From Patescibacteria group bacterium (GTDB lineage Bacteria; Patescibacteriota; Patescibacteriia; UBA9934; CAMTUG01): 64,000 nt of DNA. How positions within the stretch are numbered: the stretch's first letter is position 1; each line of letters opens with the position of its first letter. The stretch is from NCBI GenBank assembly GCA_038065815.1, contig JBBTQF010000012.1, positions 1,663-65,662 on the forward strand, read 5' to 3'. The notes beneath the pieces were generated by a model. That model made no database searches, was not told where the DNA came from, and saw nothing but the letters and a program-made list of their open reading frames with translations. Shown one piece after another: positions 48,908 through 59,487 of the stretch. A program made the position numbers and the translations under genes.

Positions 48908-50620
48908 TTACATCTCGCGGACCGATTCAATCCCAAGGACAGAAAGAGCTTTGATGAGCGTCCGATGCGTCGCCTCACACAAAGCGAGACGCGCCTCGCG
49001 CACGGCACCTGTCGCCTTGAGGACAGGAACATCTTGATAAAAATCAGCAAAGGACTTGGCCAGATCAAAGGCATATTGGGCAATCGCCGAAATCTGATAC
49101 GTCCGAACGACACGCTGTAAGACGTCTGGATACTCGGCAATTTTGCGCAAAAGTTCAGCTTCTTTGGTTTTTCCGAAAGGTGTTTCGTGAGCCCCAGACT
49201 TATCCACACCTTTTTTAGCACCCCTCTTACGGAGGATACTCTGAATCCGCGCCATGGTATAGAGCACATAAGGGCCGGTAAATCCATCAAATGCTAACGC
49301 CTGTTTCGTCTCAAAAATGACAATTTTATCGAGGTCCTGTTTGAGAATGTAAAACTTTAGTGCCGCAAAGGCAATGTGATGAGCGATCTCGTCTACTTTT
49401 TTGTCACTCCAGTCTGAATGACGGGCGCGCGTCTCTTGACGCGCCGACTGCATGACCTTATCACGCAAATCTTCGTAGCGAATCACGTTCCCTTTGCGCG
49501 ATGACATAACACCATCTGGCAGAGTGACAATCTCGTAGGAGAGGTGTTGCAATGTGCGGTTGAATCCCATGCGCTTAAGCGTCGCAAACAGTTGCTTCAT
49601 AGCCAACGACTGGCGCACATCAACAACGTATAAACTCAAATCCGCGCGATAGTCTTCTTCTTTTTGAAACGCAAGGGCCAAATCTTTTGCGTTATACAAA
49701 AGCGTTCCGTCAGTGCGCTCAAGCAAATTCACACCAAGCTTTTCTTCTTCAAGAGGCACAATCACGGCGCCATCACTGCGCTTTGCAATTCCTCTACGCA
49801 TTAAATCCTCAACAATAGCCTTTGAGCTTTTCACGAGATCACTTTCAAAATACCACTGCTCAATGGTTAGGCCGAGATCCTTAAACACTCCGCGAATCAT
49901 CGTCATGGACCAGCCGCGCGTTTTCTTCCAAAGCATGCGCCAGCCACGGTGACCATTTTCAAGGCTCTGAAAAATCTTCTGAATATCCACCTTCTCTTCT
50001 GGATTGGCATCGAGCCACTGCGTCGCCTCGGTGTACACCTTGGCGAGAAAAATATTTTCCTCCCCCTTTTCCGGCTTCTCGCCCGGATGAAACTTTTGAA
50101 TACCCCACAAACATTTGGCAACGTGCGCGCCAAGATCATTGATGTAGGACGTCGGAATCACACGCGCTCCATGCGCACGCAACAATTCAACAACCACTTG
50201 ACCGACAAGGGCGTTGCGCAAATGGCCGACGTGTACTTCCTTGTGAGTGTTTGGTTGGGCGTACTCGACCATGATTGTTTTAGCAGTAAGCGTTGAGCTC
50301 GTGCCGTATGTCTCTTGCCTTGCCTCATCAATGACACGCTCTGCAAGCGCTGGTGTGCTCAAACGAAAATTAATGTATGGACCGTTGGCATCCACGGATG
50401 CAATCATCCCTTGCGGTTTGATTTTAGGAGCGATCTCGCTGGTAATCTCAACCGGCGAGCGCTTAAAACCTTTGGCCAAGCCAAAACACGGGAAGGCGAT
50501 GTCCCCGTGACTGGCAATCTTTGGCGCTTCAAGCTCATCAAGCGTGGGAGAATATGTTTTCCCAAGCGCGGTTTTGAGCGCGAGCAATACCTCTTGTCGT
50601 GCTTGTTGAAGGGCGTACAT
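48908..50620 (-). CDS. argS: Arginine--tRNA ligase
   Basis: VEYAQPNTHKEVHVGHLRN, MSSRKG, GPYVLY..ARI.SIL, C-terminal ..REM. Confidence 0.95.
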   Translation of the reverse strand: MYALQQARQEVLLALKTALGKTYSPTLDELEAPKIASHGDIAFPCFGLAKGFKRSPVEITSEIAPKIKPQGMIASVDANGPYINFRLSTPALAERVIDEARQETYGTSSTLTAKTIMVEYAQPNTHKEVHVGHLRNALVGQVVVELLRAHGARVIPTSYINDLGAHVAKCLWGIQKFHPGEKPEKGEENIFLAKVYTEATQWLDANPEEKVDIQKIFQSLENGHRGWRMLWKKTRGWSMTMIRGVFKDLGLTIEQWYFESDLVKSSKAIVEDLMRRGIAKRSDGAVIVPLEEEKLGVNLLERTDGTLLYNAKDLALAFQKEEDYRADLSLYVVDVRQSLAMKQLFATLKRMGFNRTLQHLSYEIVTLPDGVMSSRKGNVIRYEDLRDKVMQSARQETRARHSDWSDKKVDEIAHHIAFAALKFYILKQDLDKIVIFETKQALAFDGFTGPYVLYTMARIQSILRKRGAKKGVDKSGAHETPFGKTKEAELLRKIAEYPDVLQRVVRTYQISAIAQYAFDLAKSFADFYQDVPVLKATGAVREARLALCEATHRTLIKALSVLGIESVREM

Positions 50621-50627
50621 AGGACGA

Positions 50628-51815
50628 TTAAGAGATGAGCCTGACAAAATGACGCTTGCCTTTTTGGATAACGGAACCAGAACGAACCTCGCGTTTTACG
50701 TCTTTGACAACCTTGCCATCCACTTTCACACCGCCTTCCTCAAGCACTCGACGCGCCTCGGACTTCGAGGCAACCAGCTTTGCAAGAACAAGCGCACCAA
50801 CAAGTGACACGGGACCTTTCACGCGCACCTCCCGCATCTCCTCTGGCGCTTCGTGTTCTCGAAACATTTTGTTGAACGCCTCAACCGCTTGATCTGCGAC
50901 CTTTGCGGAATGATACATGCGCACAATCTCACGCGCCAAACGAATTTTAATATCGCGAGGATTTGTACCTGATTTCATCGCTCCTTCCATCTTTGAAATC
51001 TCCGCCATTGGCACACGCGTAAAATATGTAAAATATTTTACAATCAACTCGTCCGAGATTGACATAATTTTTCCAAACATCTCACTAGGCGCGTCAGTAA
51101 AATTAATCGTGTTACCCCAGCTTGAACTCATCTTGCGACCGTCGGTTCCATCAATGAGAGGATTCATGATGATATTTTGAGAATTCTGATGAAAATGCGG
51201 TTGCATTTCGCGTCCAGCCAACAAATTAAAACGTTGATCAGTCCCTCCAAGCTCGACGTCAGCCTTCACCGCAACCGAATCATACCCCTGCATGAGAGGA
51301 TAAAGCACCTCTCGCAGAGACACGCGCGTACCGGCATCTAGACGACGTCGAATATTCTCACGAGCAATAAACTCCGCCAACGAAAAAAAGTCTGCTTGTT
51401 CCGCAACATCAACGTAATTTAATTTTTTTAACCATTCAGAATTGAAACGGATTTCCGCTTTTTTAATATCAAGTATCTTTTCCGCTTGCGTCACGTAATG
51501 CTTTAAATTGATTTTTACCGTTTTCGGATCAAGCATCGGACGTTCAGATTCTTTATCTGATGTGTCCCCAATCACTCCTGTAAAATCTCCAACAATGAAG
51601 ACGACCTTGTGACCGAGCTCTTGAAAATCACGTAGCTTTAGCAAAGGCACGGATCGGCCTAAGTGCAAATTCGGACTTGTCGGATCAATGCCGAGCTTGA
51701 CGCGCAAAACAGCTCCCGAAAGCATCCGCTCTCGTAACTGATTTTTAACAATGACTTCATCAACACCGCGTGACAAAACTTCGTCAATGGCTTTTGGATT
51801 CGTGTTCACTTTCAT
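50628..51815 (-). CDS. tyrS: Tyrosine--tRNA ligase
   Basis: GIDPTSPNLHLG, YPLMQGYDS, GGTDQ, KMSSS, S4 domain. Confidence 0.97.
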   Translation of the reverse strand: MKVNTNPKAIDEVLSRGVDEVIVKNQLRERMLSGAVLRVKLGIDPTSPNLHLGRSVPLLKLRDFQELGHKVVFIVGDFTGVIGDTSDKESERPMLDPKTVKINLKHYVTQAEKILDIKKAEIRFNSEWLKKLNYVDVAEQADFFSLAEFIARENIRRRLDAGTRVSLREVLYPLMQGYDSVAVKADVELGGTDQRFNLLAGREMQPHFHQNSQNIIMNPLIDGTDGRKMSSSWGNTINFTDAPSEMFGKIMSISDELIVKYFTYFTRVPMAEISKMEGAMKSGTNPRDIKIRLAREIVRMYHSAKVADQAVEAFNKMFREHEAPEEMREVRVKGPVSLVGALVLAKLVASKSEARRVLEEGGVKVDGKVVKDVKREVRSGSVIQKGKRHFVRLIS

Positions 51816-51833
51816 ACATAAGTTATCTTACCG

Positions 51834-54524
51834 CTATTTCTTGAGCACGGCGAGTTGAGACTGTAGGGCGCGAGATCGCTCATGTGCCTCGCTCAAATTC
51901 GTCCGCATTTTTTTAACAACATTCGCTGGAGCTTTTGATGTGAACTCCGCGTTGTCGAGTTTCGCAGAGAGTGTGCTGGCATAGTCTTGAGCTCCTTGAA
52001 GCTCCTTCGTGAGACGCATCCTTTCTTTTTCAAGATCAAGCAGACCGGCGAGTGAGAGAAAGATAGAGGCCTCGCCGAGCACGGCCGAAGCGCTCTGCAC
52101 AGGAGCGGTGCCGTTCGCTGTCACTGTGAGACTCCCCACGCGCGCCAGATGCTTGATGAGCTCGGCTTGTTCATCAATAAATGTCGCACGTTTTCCACTG
52201 ACAATGGTAACACTAACCATCTTCGCAGGCTCCACGTTATACTGCGAACGCAAATTGCGAATAGCCCCGACCACATCTTGCACCAGAGTAAACTCACCAG
52301 CCACGCGTGGATCCATGTTCCCTCCGGATTTAGGCCACTCCGCAATCATCAAGAAATCTTTCGACAGCCCCATCTCTTTCCAAATCACCTCCGTCACAAA
52401 GGGCATGAACGGATGCCAGAGTTTGAGCAAAGTCGACAAGACGTGCAATAAAACGCGATCAGTGTTTTCCGACTTCTGCAACTTGGAGATCTCCAAATAC
52501 CAATCTGCAAACTCGCTCCATGTAAAGTCTCGCAACAGCTCACCGGCGGCCGAGAACTCATAGCGCTCAAGGTGCGCCGTGACCCGATCGGTGACCTCGG
52601 CGAGGCGACCGAGTATCCATCGGTCGGCAAGGGTCACCGCACAGACCCCACCCCAACCCTCCCCTTGGGTAAGGGGAGGGAGATGAGCACTCGAGAGAAC
52701 AAACCGCGCAATGTTCCAAAGTTTATTTGTAAAGTTGCGATAACCGGCAATTTTTTCTTCCGAAAGTTTTGAGTCATTCCCCGGCGTCCCACCAATAACA
52801 AGCGACAGACGCGTCGCATCCGCGCCAAACTTACCAATCATGTCCAATGGATCAATAATGTTGTCGAGCGACTTACTCATCTTGCGCCCCTTTTCATCGC
52901 GAACGAGGCCATGCAAATAGACCTGCTTAAATGGAATCTCCCCAACCGCATACGTTGTCATCAAAATCATGCGCGCCACCCAGAAAAACAAAATATCGTA
53001 GCCTGTCTCGAGAACCGAAGTCGGATGAAATTGCTCAAAATCACTAGGCTTGCCCTCCGAAGCCTTGGCGGAGGAGGGCCACCCAAGCGTCGAGATCGTC
53101 CACAACCCCGAGCTAAACCACGTGTCGAGCGTGTCCGGGTCCTGCTCCCACCCATCTCCCTCTAGCGCTTCTACACTCACAGAAATTTCCTCCCCGCGAT
53201 ACCACACCGGCACGCGATGGCCAAACCAAATCTGACGACTGATGTTCCAATCACGCAAATTATCAATCCAGTGAAAATACGTTTTCTCAAATCGCTCCGG
53301 AATAATCTCAATCTGCTTTGAGCGCACGACGTGTTGCATGATCTCCTTCAGCGAGATCATCTGCCCATCATTGATTCCATCAATCGGCGCGTGCGAGCTC
53401 GCACGAAAGGCAAACGGTTTGTTGACGTCAATAAACCATTGCAACTTTGGCAGTGGCTCAACCGGTGATTCACACCGGTAGCAGACAGAGAGATTATGCG
53501 TGTAATTCTCGTCAACGTGATCCACGAGACCCTTCTTCTGCAACTGCTCGACGATTGCCGTGCGTGCATCATGCGCGTCCTGTCCGGCAAATGAACCTGC
53601 CGCATTGGTGAGCTTCCCATCCTCACCAATAATTTGGACAACCTCGAATCCATATTTCTTCGCAAGATCAAAATCAACAAAACTGTGTGCAGGAGTGATC
53701 GTCATGGCACCAGAACCCATATCCATATCCGCAACTTCATCAGCAACTACTTTTGCTTTCACCAATCCATCAATCCACTCAACCTCCATCTCTTTTCCAA
53801 CAAGCTCTTTGTACCGCGCATCATTCGGATGAACAACTATTACCTTGTCAGCGAATTTAGTTTCAGGACGCGCGGTCCCAATCACAACTGGACCATATTT
53901 GAAATAATAAAACTTCGTCTTCTGCTCAATGTATTCCACTTCGTCGTCCGCGAGTGTGGATTTGCATCTCGGACACCAATTCACCATCCTGTCACCGCGA
54001 TAGATGAGACCGTCGTCATACATCATCTTAAACGCCGTGCGCACGGCAGTAGAACGAGCCGAATCAAGTGTGTACGCCTCACGCGACCAATCAAGTGACG
54101 CTCCCATCTTCTTACACTGTTTAACAATGACATCGTGCGACTCGGTCGCAAACGTTTTCACGCGCTCCAAAAACGCTCCGCGTCCAAGCTCTGCTCGAGG
54201 GTCCTTCATACCACCCGCAATGAGAAGTTTCTCAACTTTTGTCTGCGTGGCAATGGCCGCGTGATCTGTCCCTGGAAGCCAAAGCGTTTTCTTGCCACGC
54301 ATGCGGGCAAAACGAACCATAATATCCTCGATCGCCAGCATCACCGCGTGTCCCATGTGCAGGGTGCCAGTCACGTTGGGTGGTGGCAAAACAATAGAAA
54401 ACATCTCTTTGCGCTCATCTGGCAAGTTGTCCGGATTAAAAAACCCGCTCTGCTCCCATGCGGCGTAGACGGCGTCTTCGTGCGCCTTTGGATCGTAGGC
54501 TTTGGGAATCTCGTGATCGGCCAT
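51834..54524 (-). CDS. valS: Valine--tRNA ligase
   Basis: PPPNVTGTLHMGH, DTWFSS, KMSKS, C-terminal coiled coil. Confidence 0.97.
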   Translation of the reverse strand: MADHEIPKAYDPKAHEDAVYAAWEQSGFFNPDNLPDERKEMFSIVLPPPNVTGTLHMGHAVMLAIEDIMVRFARMRGKKTLWLPGTDHAAIATQTKVEKLLIAGGMKDPRAELGRGAFLERVKTFATESHDVIVKQCKKMGASLDWSREAYTLDSARSTAVRTAFKMMYDDGLIYRGDRMVNWCPRCKSTLADDEVEYIEQKTKFYYFKYGPVVIGTARPETKFADKVIVVHPNDARYKELVGKEMEVEWIDGLVKAKVVADEVADMDMGSGAMTITPAHSFVDFDLAKKYGFEVVQIIGEDGKLTNAAGSFAGQDAHDARTAIVEQLQKKGLVDHVDENYTHNLSVCYRCESPVEPLPKLQWFIDVNKPFAFRASSHAPIDGINDGQMISLKEIMQHVVRSKQIEIIPERFEKTYFHWIDNLRDWNISRQIWFGHRVPVWYRGEEISVSVEALEGDGWEQDPDTLDTWFSSGLWTISTLGWPSSAKASEGKPSDFEQFHPTSVLETGYDILFFWVARMILMTTYAVGEIPFKQVYLHGLVRDEKGRKMSKSLDNIIDPLDMIGKFGADATRLSLVIGGTPGNDSKLSEEKIAGYRNFTNKLWNIARFVLSSAHLPPLTQGEGWGGVCAVTLADRWILGRLAEVTDRVTAHLERYEFSAAGELLRDFTWSEFADWYLEISKLQKSENTDRVLLHVLSTLLKLWHPFMPFVTEVIWKEMGLSKDFLMIAEWPKSGGNMDPRVAGEFTLVQDVVGAIRNLRSQYNVEPAKMVSVTIVSGKRATFIDEQAELIKHLARVGSLTVTANGTAPVQSASAVLGEASIFLSLAGLLDLEKERMRLTKELQGAQDYASTLSAKLDNAEFTSKAPANVVKKMRTNLSEAHERSRALQSQLAVLKK
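52645..52683. repeat. Miniature palindromic element inserted in-frame in valS
   Basis: ccccaccccaa-ccctcccctt-gggt-aaggggaggg, translated as HLPPLTQGEGWGGV. Confidence 0.7.
53049..53078. repeat. 30-bp palindromic element inserted in-frame in valS
   Basis: ccctcctccgccaaggcttcggagggcaag on the minus strand (PSSAKASEGK); 21/30 identical to 9759-9788 with a compensatory stem change. Confidence 0.75.
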
Positions 54525-54650
54525 AATGGGATAAGTGTACGGAAATAAAGGGTATTTGGCAATTAGAGATCTTCGTTTAAAATTTTCGTTGTAGATGTCC
54601 AAAAACGAAACGCCGCTCTGGTGGACCCAGAGCGGACGCTGTAAAAGGAG

Positions 54651-56204
54651 CTATTCACGGTTGCAACGGGCGAATGCCGAATCACAGACGATTACGACCG
54701 GCTTGTCTTTGACCTCGATCTGCCTGATCACTGTGACTGGATCGGGCGTATCCTGAAACGTTGCAGTAACGCGATAGAAACCTGGAGGAATGCTAGTCGG
54801 AAGTGTGAATGACCCGTTGTCTCCGATCAGACGAACCTGCGTGGCGTCGCCCCTCACTGTCGCGCGAGTCTCAAGTTGTTCAACGGCCACGGATGGCTGG
54901 ACAGCCTTGACACGTGGCTCTACTTTCGTCGCTTTCGTTTTCGGGTCGTTCTTGCCAACCACCTTACCCCTATCCTTCTCACTGGAAAGACCGATGACTG
55001 ACGTGACTGGTTCATCAACTGGTGAAGCGGTAGGTTCAGCGACCGACTCGATCCTCGAAGAAGTGATGGCTTCTGGATACGCTTGCCATGCTTGTACAGG
55101 AGGAGACCTAGGATCACGCATCCAGAAGCCATACACTAAGAGAGAGATAACAAGGGTCACGGTGCCAACAATGGCGATCATGCCACCGTGTGGCAAGCGT
55201 TCCCTGCGTGGCTCGACCGCAACACTCACGACGACAGGAGGTGCAACTTCATGTTCAGAACTCACTTGTCCGTCAGCATTAGAAGATGACGAACTGAAGT
55301 CAAACCGTGTTCCAATAACTTCACCCTCGATTTCAGGAACCATGGTGTGAAATGAAACACGCCGTGTCTCACTTTCTTCACTGACCGTTGGCAGTTGGTT
55401 CAAAACGCTTTCGATGGCCTCAATCATCTCCATAGCACTCGCATACCGATTCTGTGGCTGATGCGCCGTCGCCTTGCAAATGATCGGACGCAGTACGTCA
55501 GGGATAGGATCCATGATGTCCGGGTCTTCATGGAGTGTCGAGTAGAAAAATGGCGCGGTTGGCTTGACGATCCCAGCGATCAGTGCATGAAGCATCACAC
55601 CAGTCGCGTACAGATCCGCCCGCAAGTCTGTACGAACAGAGCTCCAGTGTTGCTCCGGTGCCATGTACCAGAACGTACCGATTATGCCCCCTGTCTGTGT
55701 GAAACCGTGACTCTCACCACTCGCGCGAGCGATCCCGAAATCACAAATCTTCGGAACCCCATCAGCGCCGAGCAGGACGTTGTCTGGCTTCACATCACGA
55801 TGCACGATTCCATTGTTGTGTGCACACTCGAGGCCACGTAGGACGTCCATCACGATACTCGCGGCTTCCCTACTCGGAATATACGCCTTTCGACGTTGAA
55901 GATCGCGCAGAGAACCGCCAGACACGAAGTCCATGATGATGTAAATCTGTCCTTCATGCTCGTCTAGGTCATGTACAGCTACGATGTTGCCGTGTTGTGC
56001 ACGCTCCATCGCGACGGCTTCTTTCTTAAGACGTTGACGCAACGCCTCTTTCCCACTCATTTGCCACTTGAGAACCTTCAAGGCGTACTGACGCCCGAGA
56101 CTCGTATGCTCAACAAGATAGACATACGCCATGCCTCCCTCGCCGAGCAATCTAATGATGCGATATCGTCGTGCGAACAGATCGCCAGACTTCAGCTGTA
56201 ACAT
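54651..56204 (-). CDS. Hanks-type Ser/Thr protein kinase with TM helix and extracellular domain
   Basis: LGEGGMAYVY, ALK, HRDVKPDN, DFGIA, YMAPEQ, DLYATG; TAATG-coupled to the upstream gene. Confidence 0.92.
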   Translation of the reverse strand: MLQLKSGDLFARRYRIIRLLGEGGMAYVYLVEHTSLGRQYALKVLKWQMSGKEALRQRLKKEAVAMERAQHGNIVAVHDLDEHEGQIYIIMDFVSGGSLRDLQRRKAYIPSREAASIVMDVLRGLECAHNNGIVHRDVKPDNVLLGADGVPKICDFGIARASGESHGFTQTGGIIGTFWYMAPEQHWSSVRTDLRADLYATGVMLHALIAGIVKPTAPFFYSTLHEDPDIMDPIPDVLRPIICKATAHQPQNRYASAMEMIEAIESVLNQLPTVSEESETRRVSFHTMVPEIEGEVIGTRFDFSSSSSNADGQVSSEHEVAPPVVVSVAVEPRRERLPHGGMIAIVGTVTLVISLLVYGFWMRDPRSPPVQAWQAYPEAITSSRIESVAEPTASPVDEPVTSVIGLSSEKDRGKVVGKNDPKTKATKVEPRVKAVQPSVAVEQLETRATVRGDATQVRLIGDNGSFTLPTSIPPGFYRVTATFQDTPDPVTVIRQIEVKDKPVVIVCDSAFARCNRE

Positions 56205-57106
56205 TAGCGTCCACCTTTGTGGTTGGGAATTACCACGGTGAATGTGATGATGCCGAGCGTAGCCGTGAGCGCAGAACTTGCGACCCACGCCACACCGAGC
56301 GTGTTCGTCGTATCCCGCAGTGCAGAAAGCTCGTCGTCGGAAATAGGATTTTCGGTATTCTCGAAACGTTCTTTCTCGATCATACCCACAGTGTACAACC
56401 CGCCAGAGATCAACAGGCTCGTACCGGTCGCGATGAGCCACGGCGTCGGAGAGCCCTGGAAGATCCCCCTGGGCACAGGGACGACTAGCTCCATGTTGTA
56501 CGCCGTCAGATCGAACTTCGGCAGTAGATCAAGCGGACGCACGAATGAAGACTCGACAACGACACCGTGCGCATTCATGATCTGAATGATCGCGCTCGCG
56601 CTCGACAGCCGTGTGTCAGTGCGTACGCCGTCAACCGTTGCCCAACCGCCGATCGGTGCGAGCACGACCTGAAGTTCGCCTGACAGCTCTACGACTTTCG
56701 CCTTTTCGTACAGCCGTGCGACAGGATGATCTGCCGGCACGATCCCTTCCGGGAACTCGTAGTGAGGTTCGAGCTTGTTGCTCACATGGAATTCGCTCTG
56801 CACGAGATCACGATCCCTTGCGACGAAAGCGACAAGTGCGAGCAAGCGGTGGAACCGAGCCGCATCGCTCATGGCGATCTGCTCATTGAGGCAGTTGATC
56901 TGACCGATCGCCGTGTCACGAGATGACGCGATCCCATCACGATCCATCTGAACGAAGGCGGTCTCGCCCGCCGTGATAGTGGCGAGCAGATCAGTAACCG
57001 CAACGGCCTGTGGACAGGTCTCCTCGGCAGGCGGAGCCGTTGGCTCATCAGCCTGCGCAGGTTGCGGAAGACCCAGCAAAAAAAGGACTGAAAGAATACG
57101 TGGCAT
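56204..57106 (-). CDS. Secreted protein with C-terminal membrane helices (kinase partner)
   Basis: Signal peptide, helical ARFHRLLAL region, PEGA-like VDG segment, two C-terminal hydrophobic helices; SD GGAGG. Confidence 0.7.
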   Translation of the reverse strand: MPRILSVLFLLGLPQPAQADEPTAPPAEETCPQAVAVTDLLATITAGETAFVQMDRDGIASSRDTAIGQINCLNEQIAMSDAARFHRLLALVAFVARDRDLVQSEFHVSNKLEPHYEFPEGIVPADHPVARLYEKAKVVELSGELQVVLAPIGGWATVDGVRTDTRLSSASAIIQIMNAHGVVVESSFVRPLDLLPKFDLTAYNMELVVPVPRGIFQGSPTPWLIATGTSLLISGGLYTVGMIEKERFENTENPISDDELSALRDTTNTLGVAWVASSALTATLGIITFTVVIPNHKGGR

Positions 57107-57219
57107 GTGGTACAAGCCTCCATCGCAATCTCACCATTTTTTTCCGTCAGAGTCAATCGGTTCAGCCGACCCAATTGACAAAACCCTCAAAAAAAGGGAA
57201 AAAGGAGGTGAGGTGACCA

Positions 57220-59406
57220 ATGACCGCTACTTCCCTCTTGCTCCTTACACTTTCGGGTTGTGAGTTTCTGCCTTTCATTAGCGATGCGGGCTTCACAGAT
57301 CGCTTTGACCTGGACCGAGATGGTGCCCCGCGACCTGACGACTGCGACGACCAAGACGCGGCTGTGAGCCCGAGCGCGGATGAAATCTGCGACGGCACAG
57401 ACAACGATTGCGACGGAGACGTTGATGAAAACGACTCCGTTGACGCTACGTCATGGTACGCGGACAGCGACAGCGACGGCTACGGGTTCGGGGTCGCCAT
57501 CGTACAATGCGACGACATCGCTGGCTACGCGACAACCGATGGCGACTGCGACGATCAAGACGCGGACATCAATCCAGACGCGTCCGAAGTCTGCGACGAG
57601 ACCGACAATGACTGCGACGATGAGGCAGACAACGATCCGATTGATGGGACGCTCTGGTACCCCGATGCTGACGATGACTCATTCGGAGATGCGTCGGGAG
57701 TTGTGAATGTCTGTACGCAACCTGACGGCTACGTGAGTGACGCGACAGACTGTGACGATCAGAATCCGGCCGTGAACCCAAACGCGATCGAACTCTGTGA
57801 AGACGAGGTTGACAACAACTGCAATGGTGAGACGGATGAAGACGCATCCTACACCACGCAGTACGCCGATGCTGACGACGACGAGTACGGCGATGTGAAC
57901 AATCAAGTCGTTGCCTGTAACATCATCGATGGCTATGTGAGCGATGCGACGGATTGCGATGACAACGACGCGAATGTGAACCCAGGCGTGACCGAAGTCT
58001 GCAACAACGGTGTTGATGACAACTGCGATGGAGGCGCAGGTGACTGCGTGTTCGAAGGCGAAATCGTCGCTTCAGACGCGATCGCTATTCTCGCTGGAGA
58101 GTCGTCAGAAGATAGGGCTGGCGTAAGCGTGGCGGGTGTTGGCGATATAGACGGTGATGGATATGACGACGTGCTGGTCGGTGCGAACATGAACGATCGT
58201 GCTGCACAACAAGCCGGAATCGTCTACCTCGTCCGCGGACCGATCACTATGGAGAGTAACCTTTCCGACGCATACGCAACCTTCATCGGAGTTTCAACAA
58301 ATGACTACTCTGGCACTAGCGTTGCAAGCGCTGGTGATCTAAACAACGACGGATATACGGACTTCATCATCGGCGCACCATCCAGCTCCCTCAATGGGAG
58401 TCAATCAGGCGCTGTTTACATAGTCAATGGGCCAGTGAGTGGAACTCAAAGTCTAAGCGATGCCGATCGTATACTTACTGGTCATGCGGAGTCCGATTTT
58501 ACTGGCTATAGCATTGCCGGTATTGGAGACCTGAACAGCGACGGCTACGATGATGTACTCATCGGTGCCTATATGGGCGATACTACCGCAACGGACGCAG
58601 GCGTGATCTACGTTGACTTTGGGCCTGGTGCGACCGTGACGGAAGATCTAACAACATCTGGCGGACTCATCCTCAACGGCGAGCAAGCAAGCGACTTGGC
58701 CGGCATCAGTGTCGCAAGCGCCGGGGATATCAACACCGACGGCGTACCCGACATCCTAGTCGGGGCAAGTAGTAACGATTACGCAGGATCTGGAGCCGGA
58801 GCGGCCTATCTGCTCTACGGTCCGCGATCAGGTGGAATAACCATCTCGCTCGCTGATGCAGATATGAAACTCACAGGAGAAGATGCTGGTGATTCATTCG
58901 GCCGCGCGACGAGCGGTGCTGGAGACATAAACAATGATGGCTACGACGACTTCCTTGTTGGTGCTCCAAATGAAAGTAGTGCTGGTGATAGTTTTGGTGC
59001 CGCGTACCTAATAGTGAACGCCACATACGGTACAGAAAATATCGCAACAAACGGACAAAAATTCATCGGTGAAAATGGTGGAGATTTAGCAGGAACGAGT
59101 CTCTCTGGCGCAGGTGACATCGACCTGGACGGCAATGATGATCTGCTCATCGGTGCTTATGGAAGTGATGGGTACGGTCTAGACGTAGGCACGGTCTACT
59201 GCATCTTTGGACCTGTTACTGCCGTCAGTAATCAACTTTCAAGCAGTAGAACAATCATGTACGGAGAAGCCGTGAGTGACTATTTCGGCGTTGGGATAGC
59301 TCCTGCAGGCGACACGAACGCGGACGGCTTCACTGACATCATCATTGGCGCTCACTATAACGATAACACCGGCTCCGCCTACATCTTCAGCTGGCTCGAA
59401 CTCTAG
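57220..59406 (+). CDS. Lipoprotein with Cys/Asp metal-binding (MopE-like) repeats and FG-GAP/integrin-alpha propeller
   Basis: Lipobox LSG-C; DCDD....P...E.CDG.DNDCDG repeats; repeated AGD.N.DGY.D..IGA; SD GGAGGTG. Confidence 0.88.
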   Translation: MTATSLLLLTLSGCEFLPFISDAGFTDRFDLDRDGAPRPDDCDDQDAAVSPSADEICDGTDNDCDGDVDENDSVDATSWYADSDSDGYGFGVAIVQCDDIAGYATTDGDCDDQDADINPDASEVCDETDNDCDDEADNDPIDGTLWYPDADDDSFGDASGVVNVCTQPDGYVSDATDCDDQNPAVNPNAIELCEDEVDNNCNGETDEDASYTTQYADADDDEYGDVNNQVVACNIIDGYVSDATDCDDNDANVNPGVTEVCNNGVDDNCDGGAGDCVFEGEIVASDAIAILAGESSEDRAGVSVAGVGDIDGDGYDDVLVGANMNDRAAQQAGIVYLVRGPITMESNLSDAYATFIGVSTNDYSGTSVASAGDLNNDGYTDFIIGAPSSSLNGSQSGAVYIVNGPVSGTQSLSDADRILTGHAESDFTGYSIAGIGDLNSDGYDDVLIGAYMGDTTATDAGVIYVDFGPGATVTEDLTTSGGLILNGEQASDLAGISVASAGDINTDGVPDILVGASSNDYAGSGAGAAYLLYGPRSGGITISLADADMKLTGEDAGDSFGRATSGAGDINNDGYDDFLVGAPNESSAGDSFGAAYLIVNATYGTENIATNGQKFIGENGGDLAGTSLSGAGDIDLDGNDDLLIGAYGSDGYGLDVGTVYCIFGPVTAVSNQLSSSRTIMYGEAVSDYFGVGIAPAGDTNADGFTDIIIGAHYNDNTGSAYIFSWLEL

Positions 59407-59487
59407 CAAGACAAAACAACTGGCCCTCGTCGTACGGACGGGGGCTTGATGATTTTAATCGCAACGTGTACACTCCCATATTCCATT

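Noticed and set aside
56205-56441. N-terminal extension of the kinase in the ORF track
   Set aside because: It overlaps the upstream gene; the TAATG coupling at 56202-56206 gives the more plausible start.
57330-58050. Near-duplicate DNA segments as DGR template/variable repeats
   Set aside because: They are in-frame protein domain repeats; differences are not adenine-specific and no reverse transcriptase is in the window.
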